DNA of 64,000 nucleotides. It comes from an uncultured Planctomycetota bacterium (GTDB lineage Bacteria; Planctomycetota; Planctomycetia; Isosphaerales; Isosphaeraceae). This document shows, piece after piece, positions 1 to 10,404 of this stretch; the stretch's first letter is position 1; each line of letters opens with the position of its first letter. The position numbers and the translations under genes are program-made. The DNA lies in assembly GCA_963823665.1 (NCBI GenBank), contig CAWGMQ010000011.1:64001-128000 (forward strand). Direction: 5' to 3'. The notes under the pieces were generated by a model, which was given only the letters and a program-made list of their open reading frames with translations, searched no databases and had not been told where the DNA came from.

Positions 1-576
1 CACCCGGACCGTCCGCTTCTTGGGGTCGACGATCCAGACCAAGCGCACACCGGCCGCGAAGTACTCTCTGAGTTTGCGGTCCATTTCGGACTTGGTGTTG
101 CTCTTGCTGAGCACCTCGACGACGAGGTCGGGCGCCAGATGTGGGATCGGATCCTTGGGCCATTTGCGGCCAGGGAGGCGGTCCCAGGAGATAAAGGCGA
201 CATCGGGGATACGGACCAGCCCGGAGAAGAGCCGGATCGTACCGGCTTCGCCGGTGACGATCCCCAGCTTGTGCCGGCGTACGAACGAACTGATGAAGAA
301 GATGATGTTGACCGCGATCCCCGACTTGTCAAAACCCATGGCCTTCTCCACCAGCGTCCCCTCGACCAGCTCACACGGCCGGTTTTCGCGATCCAGGACT
401 TTGATCACATCCTTCTCGGTGGCAGTTCCGGGCGTCGGAACAAGCCGGACGCGGCTCGCGGGGACGCCGCCGAGCCGCCTGAGGAGGTCGGCGACGGTGG
501 CGCCATTTTGGAGCGTTGGCCTGGGCTCGATCGATTTGGGGCTCGCCCGGCGCTTCGAGACGCGCGTGATGGTCAT
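1..576 (-). CDS. Uma2 family (DUF820) putative endonuclease, 3' end runs off the window
   Basis: Manual minus-strand translation from ATG at 576: MTITRVSK...CELVEGTLVEKAMG...RIPDVAFISW...APDLVVEVLSKSNT...EYFAAGVRLVWIVDP. Purine-rich SD (GGGAAAGGGAG) upstream. Not in the ORF track because no stop falls in the window. Confidence 0.9.
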   Translation of the reverse strand, partial: MTITRVSKRRASPKSIEPRPTLQNGATVADLLRRLGGVPASRVRLVPTPGTATEKDVIKVLDRENRPCELVEGTLVEKAMGFDKSGIAVNIIFFISSFVRRHKLGIVTGEAGTIRLFSGLVRIPDVAFISWDRLPGRKWPKDPIPHLAPDLVVEVLSKSNTKSEMDRKLREYFAAGVRLVWIVDPKKRTVRV

Positions 577-802
577 CGTCGAACGATCTCCCTTTCCCAT
601 TCTCGAGCCGGTCGAACTCTGCGGAAGAAATCAGGCGCATTGTAACTTGTGGACAGGCGGCTGTCGTGGCTCCGAACACGAGCCGTATCCGACGCCCGCA
701 GAATCCGCCCTTCAAATGACCGGGAGGAATCGAGATAATGTCCGGTCGCGCCGCGGCGATAGTCACGGACGCGAATTGAGAATATCCCGTCCTGACGCAC
801 CC

Positions 803-1765
803 ATGTCCCAGAGGCAAATCGCTGTGAGTTCTTCCGAGCGAATGCTGGTCACAGGAGGAGCGGGCTTCATCGGTTCACATTTGGTCGAGGCGCTCGTTAA
901 GCGCGGCTTCGCTGTCCGCGTGGTCGACAACCTTGTGACCGGCCATCGTTCCAATCTGGCCCATCTGGAAGGCAAGTACGAATGGGTCGAAGGCGACTTG
1001 GCGAATTTCGAGCTATGCCGTCGGGCGGTCGAAGGCGTGGCGTGCGTCTTTCATGAAGCCGCGATTCCCAGCGTGCCTCGATCGGTCAAGGAACCGCTGC
1101 TCTCACACCTGACTGGCCCAACGGCCACTCTCAACCTGCTCGAAGCCGCGCGGCTCGCGGGCGTGCGGCGATTTGTGTTCGCCGCGTCCAGCAGCGCCTA
1201 CGGAGAGACGACCGAGCTTCCCAAGCATGAAAAGATGCTGCCGCAACCGCTCAGTCCATACGCTGCGGGCAAGCTCGCCGGCGAAGCCTACGTTGCAGTC
1301 TACGCCCGGACGATGGGGCTCGACGGCGTGAGCTTGCGATACTTCAACATCTTCGGGCCCCGCCAGGATCCGTCGAGCCCGTACAGCGGTGTGATCTCCG
1401 TCTTTGCGCAGCGCATGGCACAGGGCCAGCGGCCGATCATCTATGGCGACGGCACGCAGACTCGAGACTTCACGTATGTCGCGAATGTGGTCGCGGCGAA
1501 CCTCGCGGCCATGGATCATTCACAACCGCTTGAAGGCGCCGTCTACAACGTGGGAACCGGCCGGCGAATCAGCCTGCTCGAGCTTGTGGCAGCCATCAAC
1601 CGATTCCAGGGCACCGACATCCAGCCCGAGTTCCGGCCGGCCCGTGCTGGAGACGTGCGCGATTCCCAGGCCAGCCTCGAGCGGATCCAATCGGTGCTGA
1701 GCTACCGGCCGATCGTCGATTTTGAGGAGGGGCTTCGGTTGACCCTGGGCCAGGTCGATTTGTAG
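803..1765 (+). CDS. NAD-dependent epimerase/dehydratase (extended SDR, UDP-hexose 4-epimerase-like)
   Basis: LVTGGAGFIGSH Rossmann motif, SSSAYG, YAAGK (YxxxK), RYFNIFGPRQDP, GDGTQTRDFTYV. Start moved from 20 to ATG 803; the upstream part of the ORF is antisense to the Uma2 gene. Confidence 0.92.
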   Translation: MSQRQIAVSSSERMLVTGGAGFIGSHLVEALVKRGFAVRVVDNLVTGHRSNLAHLEGKYEWVEGDLANFELCRRAVEGVACVFHEAAIPSVPRSVKEPLLSHLTGPTATLNLLEAARLAGVRRFVFAASSSAYGETTELPKHEKMLPQPLSPYAAGKLAGEAYVAVYARTMGLDGVSLRYFNIFGPRQDPSSPYSGVISVFAQRMAQGQRPIIYGDGTQTRDFTYVANVVAANLAAMDHSQPLEGAVYNVGTGRRISLLELVAAINRFQGTDIQPEFRPARAGDVRDSQASLERIQSVLSYRPIVDFEEGLRLTLGQVDL

Positions 1766-1787
1766 AGGCCAGCGGATGATCGCGCGG

Positions 1788-3054
1788 CTATTGCTCGTTC
1801 CACGGCCGGCCAGGCGGCGGTGGGGGCGGTTGCTGCCAGCGCCACGTCGGCTGATACGAAATGTGCAGATGTGGCGTTGTGATTCGCTCTCCTCTCCTGC
1901 TCTGCGACTGCAAGAGCGCATCCAGTACGCCGCTCGTGAGCAGCGTGCGCTCCACCGGCCACGGTGCCGCTCTGGTTAGCATCAGGGTTCTCGATCGCGT
2001 GGAGCTGCACGGTAAAGTGCGCGCCGGGCCGTTCCTCCTGGGTCCAGAACAGCGTTGATTCGATCTTTCGCTCTTTCTCATACCGCCAGGCGGCCGTCCA
2101 GTTGCCCACCTGGTCGTTCACCTCGAGCAAGAACGCCCGCAGGCCGTCTTCATATTCGATTTTCATCAGCTTGGGCTCGCGAACGGCCTTGCGATCGATC
2201 TTCCCTCCCTTCTCATAGCGAGGGTCGCGCTTCAGTGCAGCAGAGAGCAGCTCCGGGTCGACCAGACGCTCGTCGATCGCCTTCCACACGGCATCACCGA
2301 GCAAACACTGGACCGAGCGAACACCCGTTTCGCCGCCGCGGCGCTGTTCCGCCAGCGCTTGCACCGCCTCCAGGCCGTGAAAGCCGTATGAATCTGTCGT
2401 ATGGTACGTCAGTGCGACAATCTCACTCACTCGTTCGCCGCGCGTGACATCGGCTGGCGGGTAGCGCCACGTAACCGGCAGCGACGAACCAGCCATGAGC
2501 GGTATCTTCAGCTCGCGTGCGGAATCATAGATGAACTTGGCGTCGGTCCAGTTGTCCGAGAGATGCTTGTCGGAGAAAACCGGGACCACTCGTCCGGACT
2601 TGCGAAAGACCTTCAAGACCTCCTCCCAGAACCGCCGCTTGGGAAACTGATGATTCCCCGTCGCCGAAAACGGGTAATCGCCGTGTTCGGCGATGAGCAG
2701 GATTCCGTCCACCGCCAGGCGATCGCTGCCCAAGGTGAGTGCATCGGCGATGGTCGCCTTGATCGGGAATCGATGCGAGGCCGCCAGCAGCCGGCTGATA
2801 TCATTCGGCGGCCGCTGGTCGGTGTAGAGCGAAGCCAGCTTGAGCGGCGAATCGCGGCCGGTGCCATCCAGCATGTCGGTCAGCAGCAGCCGGCTGACGA
2901 ACAGATCCGCATGCGAATTGTGTCGATACTCGGTCACGATCGCGGCCACGCGGCGCGTCGGTGATTCACCGGCCAGACCCGGAGAGCCCATTGTGAGCAC
3001 GGCCAGAAGACCGGCGAGAAAGACCGATCGCAATTGAGAGACAGACGAAATCAC
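1788..3054 (-). CDS. Conserved hypothetical exported protein (oxidoreductase-like N-terminus), frameshift near 1988
   Basis: Signal-peptide-like N-terminus, then [17 protein letters not shown]...[13 protein letters not shown]...FSDKHLS...[11 protein letters not shown]. The C-terminus ([25 protein letters not shown]) continues in the frame of ORF 1788..2081. The GTG start overlaps the upstream TGA. Confidence 0.7.
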
Positions 3055-5781
3055 GGATGCACCGGTTCCTTTGGTCCCTGGTTCTGGAGCAGATACGCCA
3101 GCAGGTCCAGCACCTGCTCCCTCCGCATCACGTTGACCATTCCGGGTGGCATGTTCGAGAGATCGGATCGTTTGCGGGCGACGATATCGTTCTTGTTGAT
3201 GACCACGCTCTGATCTGTTGAGGGCGGCCGCAGCATCAGCACCTGATCGTCTTCGCGCTCGATCCGGCCCGACAGAGCCGCTCCGGACGCTGTTTCAACC
3301 AGTATGGTCGCGTATTCGTCGGCCACGACCTTCGAAGGCAGGAGGATTGATTCCAGGATCTCTGTCGCCCGCAGGCGGCGGCCGATGCCGGTCAGATCGG
3401 GGCCGACGCTTCCCCCTGCCCTTCGGCGCGGTGGCATTCAAGGCATCCCGTATCACGAAACGCCTTGCGGCCCGACTCGATCGAACGCCCGCTGCCCAGC
3501 CCATCGAGCGATGCGACCAGGTCGTCCATCCGCCATTCGCGCACGAACACCTGGTCGCTCTTGAGCCCGGAGATCCACTCGCGGAAAAGTTTGACCGCCG
3601 CCTCGTCAACGTGGTTTGACACGAGCGGCGGCATCTGACCGCGGCCGCGCCCCGACAGGCGATGAAGCAGCACCGAGCGTTCCGGAGCGCCCGGGGCAAC
3701 CAGCATCGCACTCGTGATTCCGAATGTGTCGTGTTGAGGGCGCGCCTTGATGAGCTCCAATTTGTCGCGCGCGGTTGAAAGCGAGAGCTGCATGCGCGAG
3801 TTGCCACCGCCGGCTTCGACGTGGCAGACCGAGCAATTCACGTGCAGGTAGGTTCGTGCGCGCAGCTCAAGGTCTTGCGAGCTGTCGCGCGGATCAACGA
3901 ATTGCTCGAGGTCTTTGGGCGGTTTGGGGAGCACGCCGGTGAAGAAGCCGATGTGATCGAGCGCCCGGAGCTGGTTGTCGCGCACGCCGTTGTAATCATG
4001 ATCTCGGTTGAGTTGTGAGCCGGTCACGCCGAGGACAAAGTTCGCGGCCCGGCTGTGGCAGGCCATGCACTCCGACCGGCTGGGGAATCGCCATTTCCAC
4101 CGTTTCGCGGCCGCAAGGCCGGTGGGCTTGCCCAGGTCAACCTCGGTGTCTTCACCGTTCTTCTCCACCAGCGATGCATCGGTCTGCTCGCTGTTCCAGC
4201 GGTAGGAATAGCCGGCCCATTCGCCCTGCTGGCGCAGCAGCACGCGAGTCTCGACGCGGGTTGGCTGAGTCACGTTTCCGGCCCGACGGTCGAGTGAGAG
4301 AGTCTGCACCAGTGCCGTCCCGTCCGGGAAAGTCCACGGGTTCGAGGAACCGAAGGCGACCTTGGCCTCTCCCGGCACGGCCATGAATCGCTCGGCCTCC
4401 GCGCTATCGGCCCAGCCGGGCGCGCTGACCGAATAAGGAACGAGCGCGGGGTTCAATCGGTAAGGGCTCGTCGAGGTGAAAAGCCCGGTCTGGCTCAGAA
4501 GCGTGGGAAAAGGTGCGGTGTGTTTTTCTTTCGGGGCGCGCACCAGCCGGTTGATCCCGCCCGCGTAGTCGGCGACGAGTAACTCTCCGCGGCCGTCGAC
4601 CTGGAACGCCGAGATCTGCAAGATCGTATCGGCCAGCTCACGATGCCAGATCACGCGCTCGCCGTCATGCTTCATCCCCCAGATGCGGCCGCTCGAATTG
4701 TCTCCGTAAATGTAGGCGCCCTCAAGCTCCGGCAAGACCGCGCCGTGGTAGACCACGCCTCCGGTCAGAGAGCGGAACTCGGCATGCGAGTGCTCGATTG
4801 TGGGCAGAACCAAAGGAGTCGGGCCGCGCTTTCGCTCGAGATAAAACGGATGACTCCCCTCGTATACGCTCCATCCGTAATTGGCACCGCGGCGGAGCAG
4901 ATACGCCGTTTCCCAGAGATCCTGGCCGTTGTTGCCGACCCAGATACGACCGGTAATCGCGTCTGTGCACATGCGCCAGGGGTTTCGCAGGCCGTACGCC
5001 CAGATCTCGGGACGCGCACCGGCGTGCTCACGAAGGGGTTATCCTTGGGAATGGCGTATGGCAGCTTTCCGTTTTTTCCATGAACGTCGATCCGCAACAC
5101 ACTACCGAGCAGGTCATTCAAGGTCTGGCCCGAATCCCAGCCGTCCGAATCACTGGTGCCATCGCCGGTGGTGATGTAGAACATGCCGTCGAGCCCGAAC
5201 GTCATGTCGCCGCCGTCATGTCCTGCCGATTTCCATTCGATCACGGGTGTCTCAGACGCAGGGTCGATGCGCAGCGGCTCCTTCGAGACCTTGTAACGGC
5301 TGACCCGATTCAATCTCTCGGCCGCATCTCTGGGGCCGTTCGTGAATACGTAAACGAAGCCGTTATTTCGGTAATCGGGATCGAAACAGACCGAGTACAC
5401 GAGTTGCTTGGGAATCTCGATCAGGGTTTCTCGCGTGCCCGATTTGGGATCATCCTCGCTACGGACGATCAACGATCCTTGATCGGGCTTGCTGTTCGAT
5501 TGCACGATCCAGAGTCCGTCACCCGAAGGCTCGCGCGCAATGTAGATGGGTGACTTCCATTCCTGTTTCGCGAAGGCCTTCTCGACCGTGAACGGCAAAG
5601 GAGGCTCAGGCGAGCCCACGAGCCGCGAGCTCGTCCAGGGGACGCGCTTGTCGAGCCCGTATCGGGGCTCGTCGCCCTTCGTCGCGCTCACCACGATCAA
5701 GGCAACAAGGCCCGCGACAAGCGCGGGGATTCTGGCACGGCACAATTGACGGTGGGACTGCAAGGCGGGGCACCACGGCAT
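3051..5781 (-). CDS. PQQ-dependent sugar (glucose/sorbosone) dehydrogenase-family protein with heme-c domains; frameshifts near 5020 and 3410
   Basis: Three ORFs join into one gene. GSDH propeller motifs GHDGGDMTFGLDG, YAIPKDNPF, PEIWAYGLRNPWR, GANYGWS, SLTGGVVY. Three CxxCH motifs (CMACH, CSVCH, CLECH) and a terminal GPDLTGIG...SNMPPG heme-binding domain. Confidence 0.85.
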
Positions 5782-5967
5782 GCGACTCGGTCGGAATCTG
5801 GGAGGCGGACGACTTATTTAACCACGAGACGCCCGGAAGAACATCATCGAGTGCTCCGTGTGCGAATTTTTCACTGCTGAGATTTTCATGCAAGAATCGC
5901 ACGCCCGGGCGGCAGCTGATTATAAAGGGTGATTGGGAATGGTGATTGAAGACCAGGGGTCTCGCGC

Positions 5968-8376
5968 ATGCCGAGGGGTCGATCGGAGGCCGTGCAGCAG
6001 CCGTTGCGAGCGCTCATCGAGAGCGGATCGATGGCCGGCGTGCCCGATGCGCAACTCGTCGAGCGATTCGCAGCCAAGCGAGACTCGGTTGCCGAATCGG
6101 CGTTTGCGATATTGGTCGCGCGCCACGGCCCGATGGTGCTCGGCGTCTGCCGGCATCTCTTGCGCGACGTGCACTCGGCAGACGACGCCTTTCAGGCGGT
6201 GTTTCTCGTGCTGGCGCGGTGGGCCGGGACGATTCGTCAATCCGACTTGTTAGGATCGTGGCTTCACGGCGTCGCGACAAGAATCGCACGCAAGGCCAGA
6301 GCGCAGGCCAGCCGCCGGAGTCTCCGCGAGCAATGCGAGGTGGAAATGAACCGCATCGAATCGGTCGGCCGCGAAGCCGGCGCCAGCGCGTTTGCAGACG
6401 AGGATGCCGCCGCGTTGCATGAGGAGATCGGGCGGTTGCCCGAGCGCTATCGTCGCGCGGTCGTGCTGTGCCATTTCGAAGGGCTGACGCATAACGAAGC
6501 GGCTCGACGGTTGGGTTGTGCGCCGGGCACGGTCGGTTCACTCGTTTCGCGAGCTCGAGAGATTTTGCGCACTCGACTCGGCCGTCGCGGTCTCTCTGCG
6601 GGCTCGCTCGCGCTCGCGGCCGAGCTCGAGCCGAGGCTGGCCACCGCAGCAGTTTCCTCGGCTCTCGAGCGTGCAACTGTCCGCGCCGCGCTGAGTTTCG
6701 CGACCAACCGCGCGGTTGTTGCCGGCATCGTCTCGAAGCCGGCCGTCGATTTGGCGTGCGGAGCTCTCAAAACCATGACGCTGAACAAGGCGGCAATCGC
6801 CGGTGCGTTCGTGCTGGCGCTGGGCTTCGCGGCCGCGGTCGGCGGCCGTGCCAACGGGGTGTCGGGCGAGCCAGTCCGGGTAACGCGCGCAGCGGGGCAG
6901 AAGGCGCTACGCGAATCAGAGAGAGTTCCCTCGCCGAAGCTGCCAGGCGCCGTCACGCAAAAGCCGGCGTGGTTCAAGCACGCTGCGCCGTTTGATGTCG
7001 CGGCGTTCTTCGATGCACCACCGCCCGACCAAAATGCCGCGTCCCGTTATCTTGAAGCGCTCTTCGAGTTCGGCCCGGAAGTGGAAGTCTGTTTTCCGGA
7101 GGGTGCCGATCGAGAAAGTAGGAAGAAGGCCGTCGATCAGCGTTTGGGCGGCTTCTGGCCCGTTTTTCAAGAGTGGAGCAAGGACCCGCGCGCCGTTCCT
7201 GTCGCGACCATTGACGCGGTGGTGTCCGAATTCGATACGGGGTTTCGCAAACTGGATTGGGCGCAGCAACGGCGCCGTTGCGTGTTTCAGAGCGGCGTCG
7301 GAGCCACTGCTCGCATCCCGCACATGCAAGCCGCTCGACAAGTGGCTTTCGTTGCGCGGCTGAAGGTCCATCGGGAGCTGGAGCGCGGCGAGCTCGACGC
7401 GGCGCTTCGCGACCTGGCTCGATTGCTGCGATTGTCGCGAGACCTGCTCCCTCGCGGCGTCATGATCGTCGGCATGGTCTCCTCACGAATCGATCGGGGC
7501 GCCATCGAGAACGTGATCGTACCGTTGCTCCAAGCGCGTGGCCTGACCGTGCCTCATTGCGATGAGCTGCTCGCACTCGTGAGCCAGCACGAAGCTGATT
7601 CCGGCGACGCGTGTTCTGAAGGTTTGCAGGCCGAGTACATTTCCAACTGTGCAACGCTGCACGATCTCATCTTTGAGCAGAACCGCATGCGCAAGGACTT
7701 CGAGATCTTCGGCAATCCGGCCGGTCCGTCGATCGTCGCCGCGGTCGCTGAGCCTGATCTCTTTGCGGCCGTGGCCCCGAACGGGGCGATGCCCAAGGCA
7801 GCGGGCGGTGTGAAAAACGGGGCACCGGCTGAGCGACTCGTGCCCCTCCGAAGAATTGCCGATCTGGACGCTCTCATGGCGCGGACCACGCCCGATGAGC
7901 TGGCTGTGCAGTTGAACAAGATCAACGAATTCTACTGTGCGCTCCTGGGTGTGGCGAACACAAACGCTCTGGAGCGTATCCGAAAGTCGGACGAACGGCC
8001 GCAGTCCCTCGACGCGGCGGATATTCACACGCGGGTCACTTGCGGGTTGCTGTCATCGTCGTTCAAGGCGTATACGCAAACTCTGACGAATTCAAAGGCG
8101 CGGTTGCACGTCGCGGTCGGCTTGATCGCAGTCCGCCGCTGGCAGCTCGGTCACAACGGGGAGGTCCCGTCTTCACTCGAAGCCGCTGCGAAGGAGGCTG
8201 GATTACCCGCGGTGCCGCTCGATCCCTACGGTGCGCTGCCAGTCCGCTTCACGGTTGTAGACGGACAGCCGACGGTTTACTCGGTAGGGCAGGATGGCCG
8301 GGACGACGGTGGTAAAATCGATAACGCTCGGACACCCGATTCGGGAGACTTGCTTCTGCGATTGCCGAATGCGTGA
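5968..8376 (+). CDS. ECF sigma-70 family factor with transmembrane helix and long C-terminal extension
   Basis: Region 2 (RHGPMVLGVCR...ADDAFQAVFLVL...SWLHGVA) and region 4 (RLPERYRRAVVLCHFEGLTHNEAARRLG...GTV). Hydrophobic helix AAIAGAFVLALGFAAAV, then about 500 aa of helical extension. Confidence 0.9.
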   Translation: MPRGRSEAVQQPLRALIESGSMAGVPDAQLVERFAAKRDSVAESAFAILVARHGPMVLGVCRHLLRDVHSADDAFQAVFLVLARWAGTIRQSDLLGSWLHGVATRIARKARAQASRRSLREQCEVEMNRIESVGREAGASAFADEDAAALHEEIGRLPERYRRAVVLCHFEGLTHNEAARRLGCAPGTVGSLVSRAREILRTRLGRRGLSAGSLALAAELEPRLATAAVSSALERATVRAALSFATNRAVVAGIVSKPAVDLACGALKTMTLNKAAIAGAFVLALGFAAAVGGRANGVSGEPVRVTRAAGQKALRESERVPSPKLPGAVTQKPAWFKHAAPFDVAAFFDAPPPDQNAASRYLEALFEFGPEVEVCFPEGADRESRKKAVDQRLGGFWPVFQEWSKDPRAVPVATIDAVVSEFDTGFRKLDWAQQRRRCVFQSGVGATARIPHMQAARQVAFVARLKVHRELERGELDAALRDLARLLRLSRDLLPRGVMIVGMVSSRIDRGAIENVIVPLLQARGLTVPHCDELLALVSQHEADSGDACSEGLQAEYISNCATLHDLIFEQNRMRKDFEIFGNPAGPSIVAAVAEPDLFAAVAPNGAMPKAAGGVKNGAPAERLVPLRRIADLDALMARTTPDELAVQLNKINEFYCALLGVANTNALERIRKSDERPQSLDAADIHTRVTCGLLSSSFKAYTQTLTNSKARLHVAVGLIAVRRWQLGHNGEVPSSLEAAAKEAGLPAVPLDPYGALPVRFTVVDGQPTVYSVGQDGRDDGGKIDNARTPDSGDLLLRLPNA

Positions 8377-8386
8377 ACAACTGTGT

Positions 8387-10241
8387 CTAATCGAATGCCA
8401 GGCGAACGACGCCGTAGACCAGGAATTCCGGGACCTCGATCCGAGCGCGGCCGTCCTTGACATGGACGGCGAGTGCCCGGACCTCCTTCATCTCAGGAGT
8501 GAGGAATTCCACGGCGCGCAACGTCTTTCCTCTGAGCAAAACGATGTCCGCGATTGCTCCTCGAACCGCACGCGGTTTCTCGTCCTCGATGCCCGCGCCG
8601 AGATTTGGTTTGCCGTCTGGTCCGCTCGGAAGCTCGTCCCGGTCATAATTGACAAGGTGGATGTCGAGCTCGTTGTCATGTCCGGCCGGCCGGCTGGCCG
8701 AGACTCGAACCGAGTCGGGGCAATGGAAGCGGCTGAGCGTTGCCGGCAGACCGCTGATTGCCAGATCGGGCGAGGTTGCAACGGAGACGATCTTCGCGTA
8801 TCGCGCCGCCTGTGCCGGCGGGAATTGATCGTCGGGCCAGACGTCGAACAGGACGTGTGCGTCGAGAAGCGCCTGACCAAGCTTTCGAAACGACTCGACC
8901 GCGGCAACTTTTCCCTGATGCACTTGCCCACGGGGAAAAATGAGCGCAACCTCAGAATGGGGACGGTTGGCCCGGTAAATATTTTCAAATCGCTTGAGGA
9001 ATTGATAGTACCTGACAATTTCGCGGTGCGCCGGCGGACTGGTGAACGTCGTGTAGAACCCCATCGGTGCGCCGCCGTTGGCAGCCAGCTCGGCAATCGC
9101 GGCGCGGATCCTGGTGCCTTCGTATTTGCCCAGCGTGAACGGCCGATCGTCAAACGCGCCACGAATATAGCGGGCCTGGAGTGTCGCCTCACCCAGAATG
9201 TGGTTCTTGGGATCGGTGTAATTTGCAGCGCCCCCGGTGCTATACCACAGGTAGGATTCATCGCGGCCCCAGAGCGCGCCGGGCAGCAGACAGCGTTCGT
9301 CACCGTCGAGTTGCAACAGGTTTCCCAGATGGTTCCATTGGGCGACGATCAGATCGCGCTTGAGCGATCGTCCAAATCGCACAAAGACATCATCAAACAC
9401 GGCCTTGTTCGAGATCTGGGAAAAACGGAGCATCTCGAGACGCAGCGGTGTTGTCTCGGCGGCCGAGTGCCAGGAGACGATCTCGCTGAAGCGGTGCGAA
9501 TCGAGATTGCCGACTGCGAACTTGTCGCGAAGCTCCGCCGCTGTGAACCGCTGCCGCAAGTAAAGTTTGAAGGCGGTCTGGCAATGCTCGCACAGGCAGT
9601 TGTGGCGATAGAAGTAATTGATGATCACGCCGTCTAGCCCGCGGCCCACGGCCTGGCGCAGCCAGGCCTTCAAGACTTGCTGCCAGGCCGGGTTTCGCAG
9701 GCAGGCCCAGTATTCATTCATGCCCCCGATCGAATAGGTGCTGGACTTGATCGGCGAACCGTCGCCATTCTTTTCCAGCAAGTCGACTGGATTGGCGGTC
9801 GGTTTAGGGCCAAGCGCCGTCTCGTCCCACAGTTCGCGGTAGAACTTGAAAAACCCGCGCGGGCCTTCGTGGCTGTCGGGATCACCGATCAGGAATTCGA
9901 CGTTGAAATGGCCGACGACCTTGACCCCGCGCGCGTGCAGCTTCCGGTTAAGGTCTTCGAACCAGGCTCCGAGCTCACTCAGACCGCGCACCGGAAAGTG
10001 TGAAGGATAGCCGCTGTACCGGGCTGTGTGTCCAAGGCTATAGAAATGAGCCCCGTAGAAGCCGACTTGCGCAATTTCGGGCTCTGCTTCCGCGATGAAT
10101 TTCAGGTAGTCAGGATTACCGTAGTCGGCCCAGTGGGCGACGAGACGGGTGAATTCCAGCCGCGGAGGCTCGCCCGCCCGCGCGCGATGCGGCGGCGACA
10201 AAGGTCAAGAGCACGCCCACCGCGATGCTCGAACGATTCAT
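8387..10241 (-). CDS. Putative secreted glycoside-hydrolase-like TIM-barrel protein; frameshift near 10175
   Basis: Signal peptide MNRSSIAVGVLLTFVAAASRAG (ATG 10241) in a shifted frame. HARGVKVVGHFN, WACLRNPAW, GLDGVIINY and a C-x-C-x2-C motif (CLCEHC) like that of GH42/GHL families. Confidence 0.6.
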
Positions 10242-10404
10242 CAGGTGCACCTGAGGTTCAATGACGCATGCATGCGAGTTACGTCGATGATCGTGATGGA
10301 ACAGTGCGGCCGCTCGGCAGCGCGCCGCACGTCTCACGCGATCGATAGTGTGACGCACCGGCGGCCCCGCGCCCATCGCCGAGGGATTGCCTCAGGGCGA
10401 ATTG

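Noticed and set aside
20..802. N-terminal 261 codons of ORF 20..1765
   Set aside because: Antisense shadow of the Uma2 gene plus intergenic DNA; epimerase homology starts after 803.
8294..9637. 447-aa plus-strand ORF
   Set aside because: Antisense to the GH-like gene, no motifs; typical high-GC shadow ORF.
10241..10276. Perfect palindromes TCAGGTGCACCTGA (10241-10254) and CGCATGCATGCG (10265-10276)
   Set aside because: Real, but unrelated to each other and with no second copy or cognate regulator evident; could be chance.
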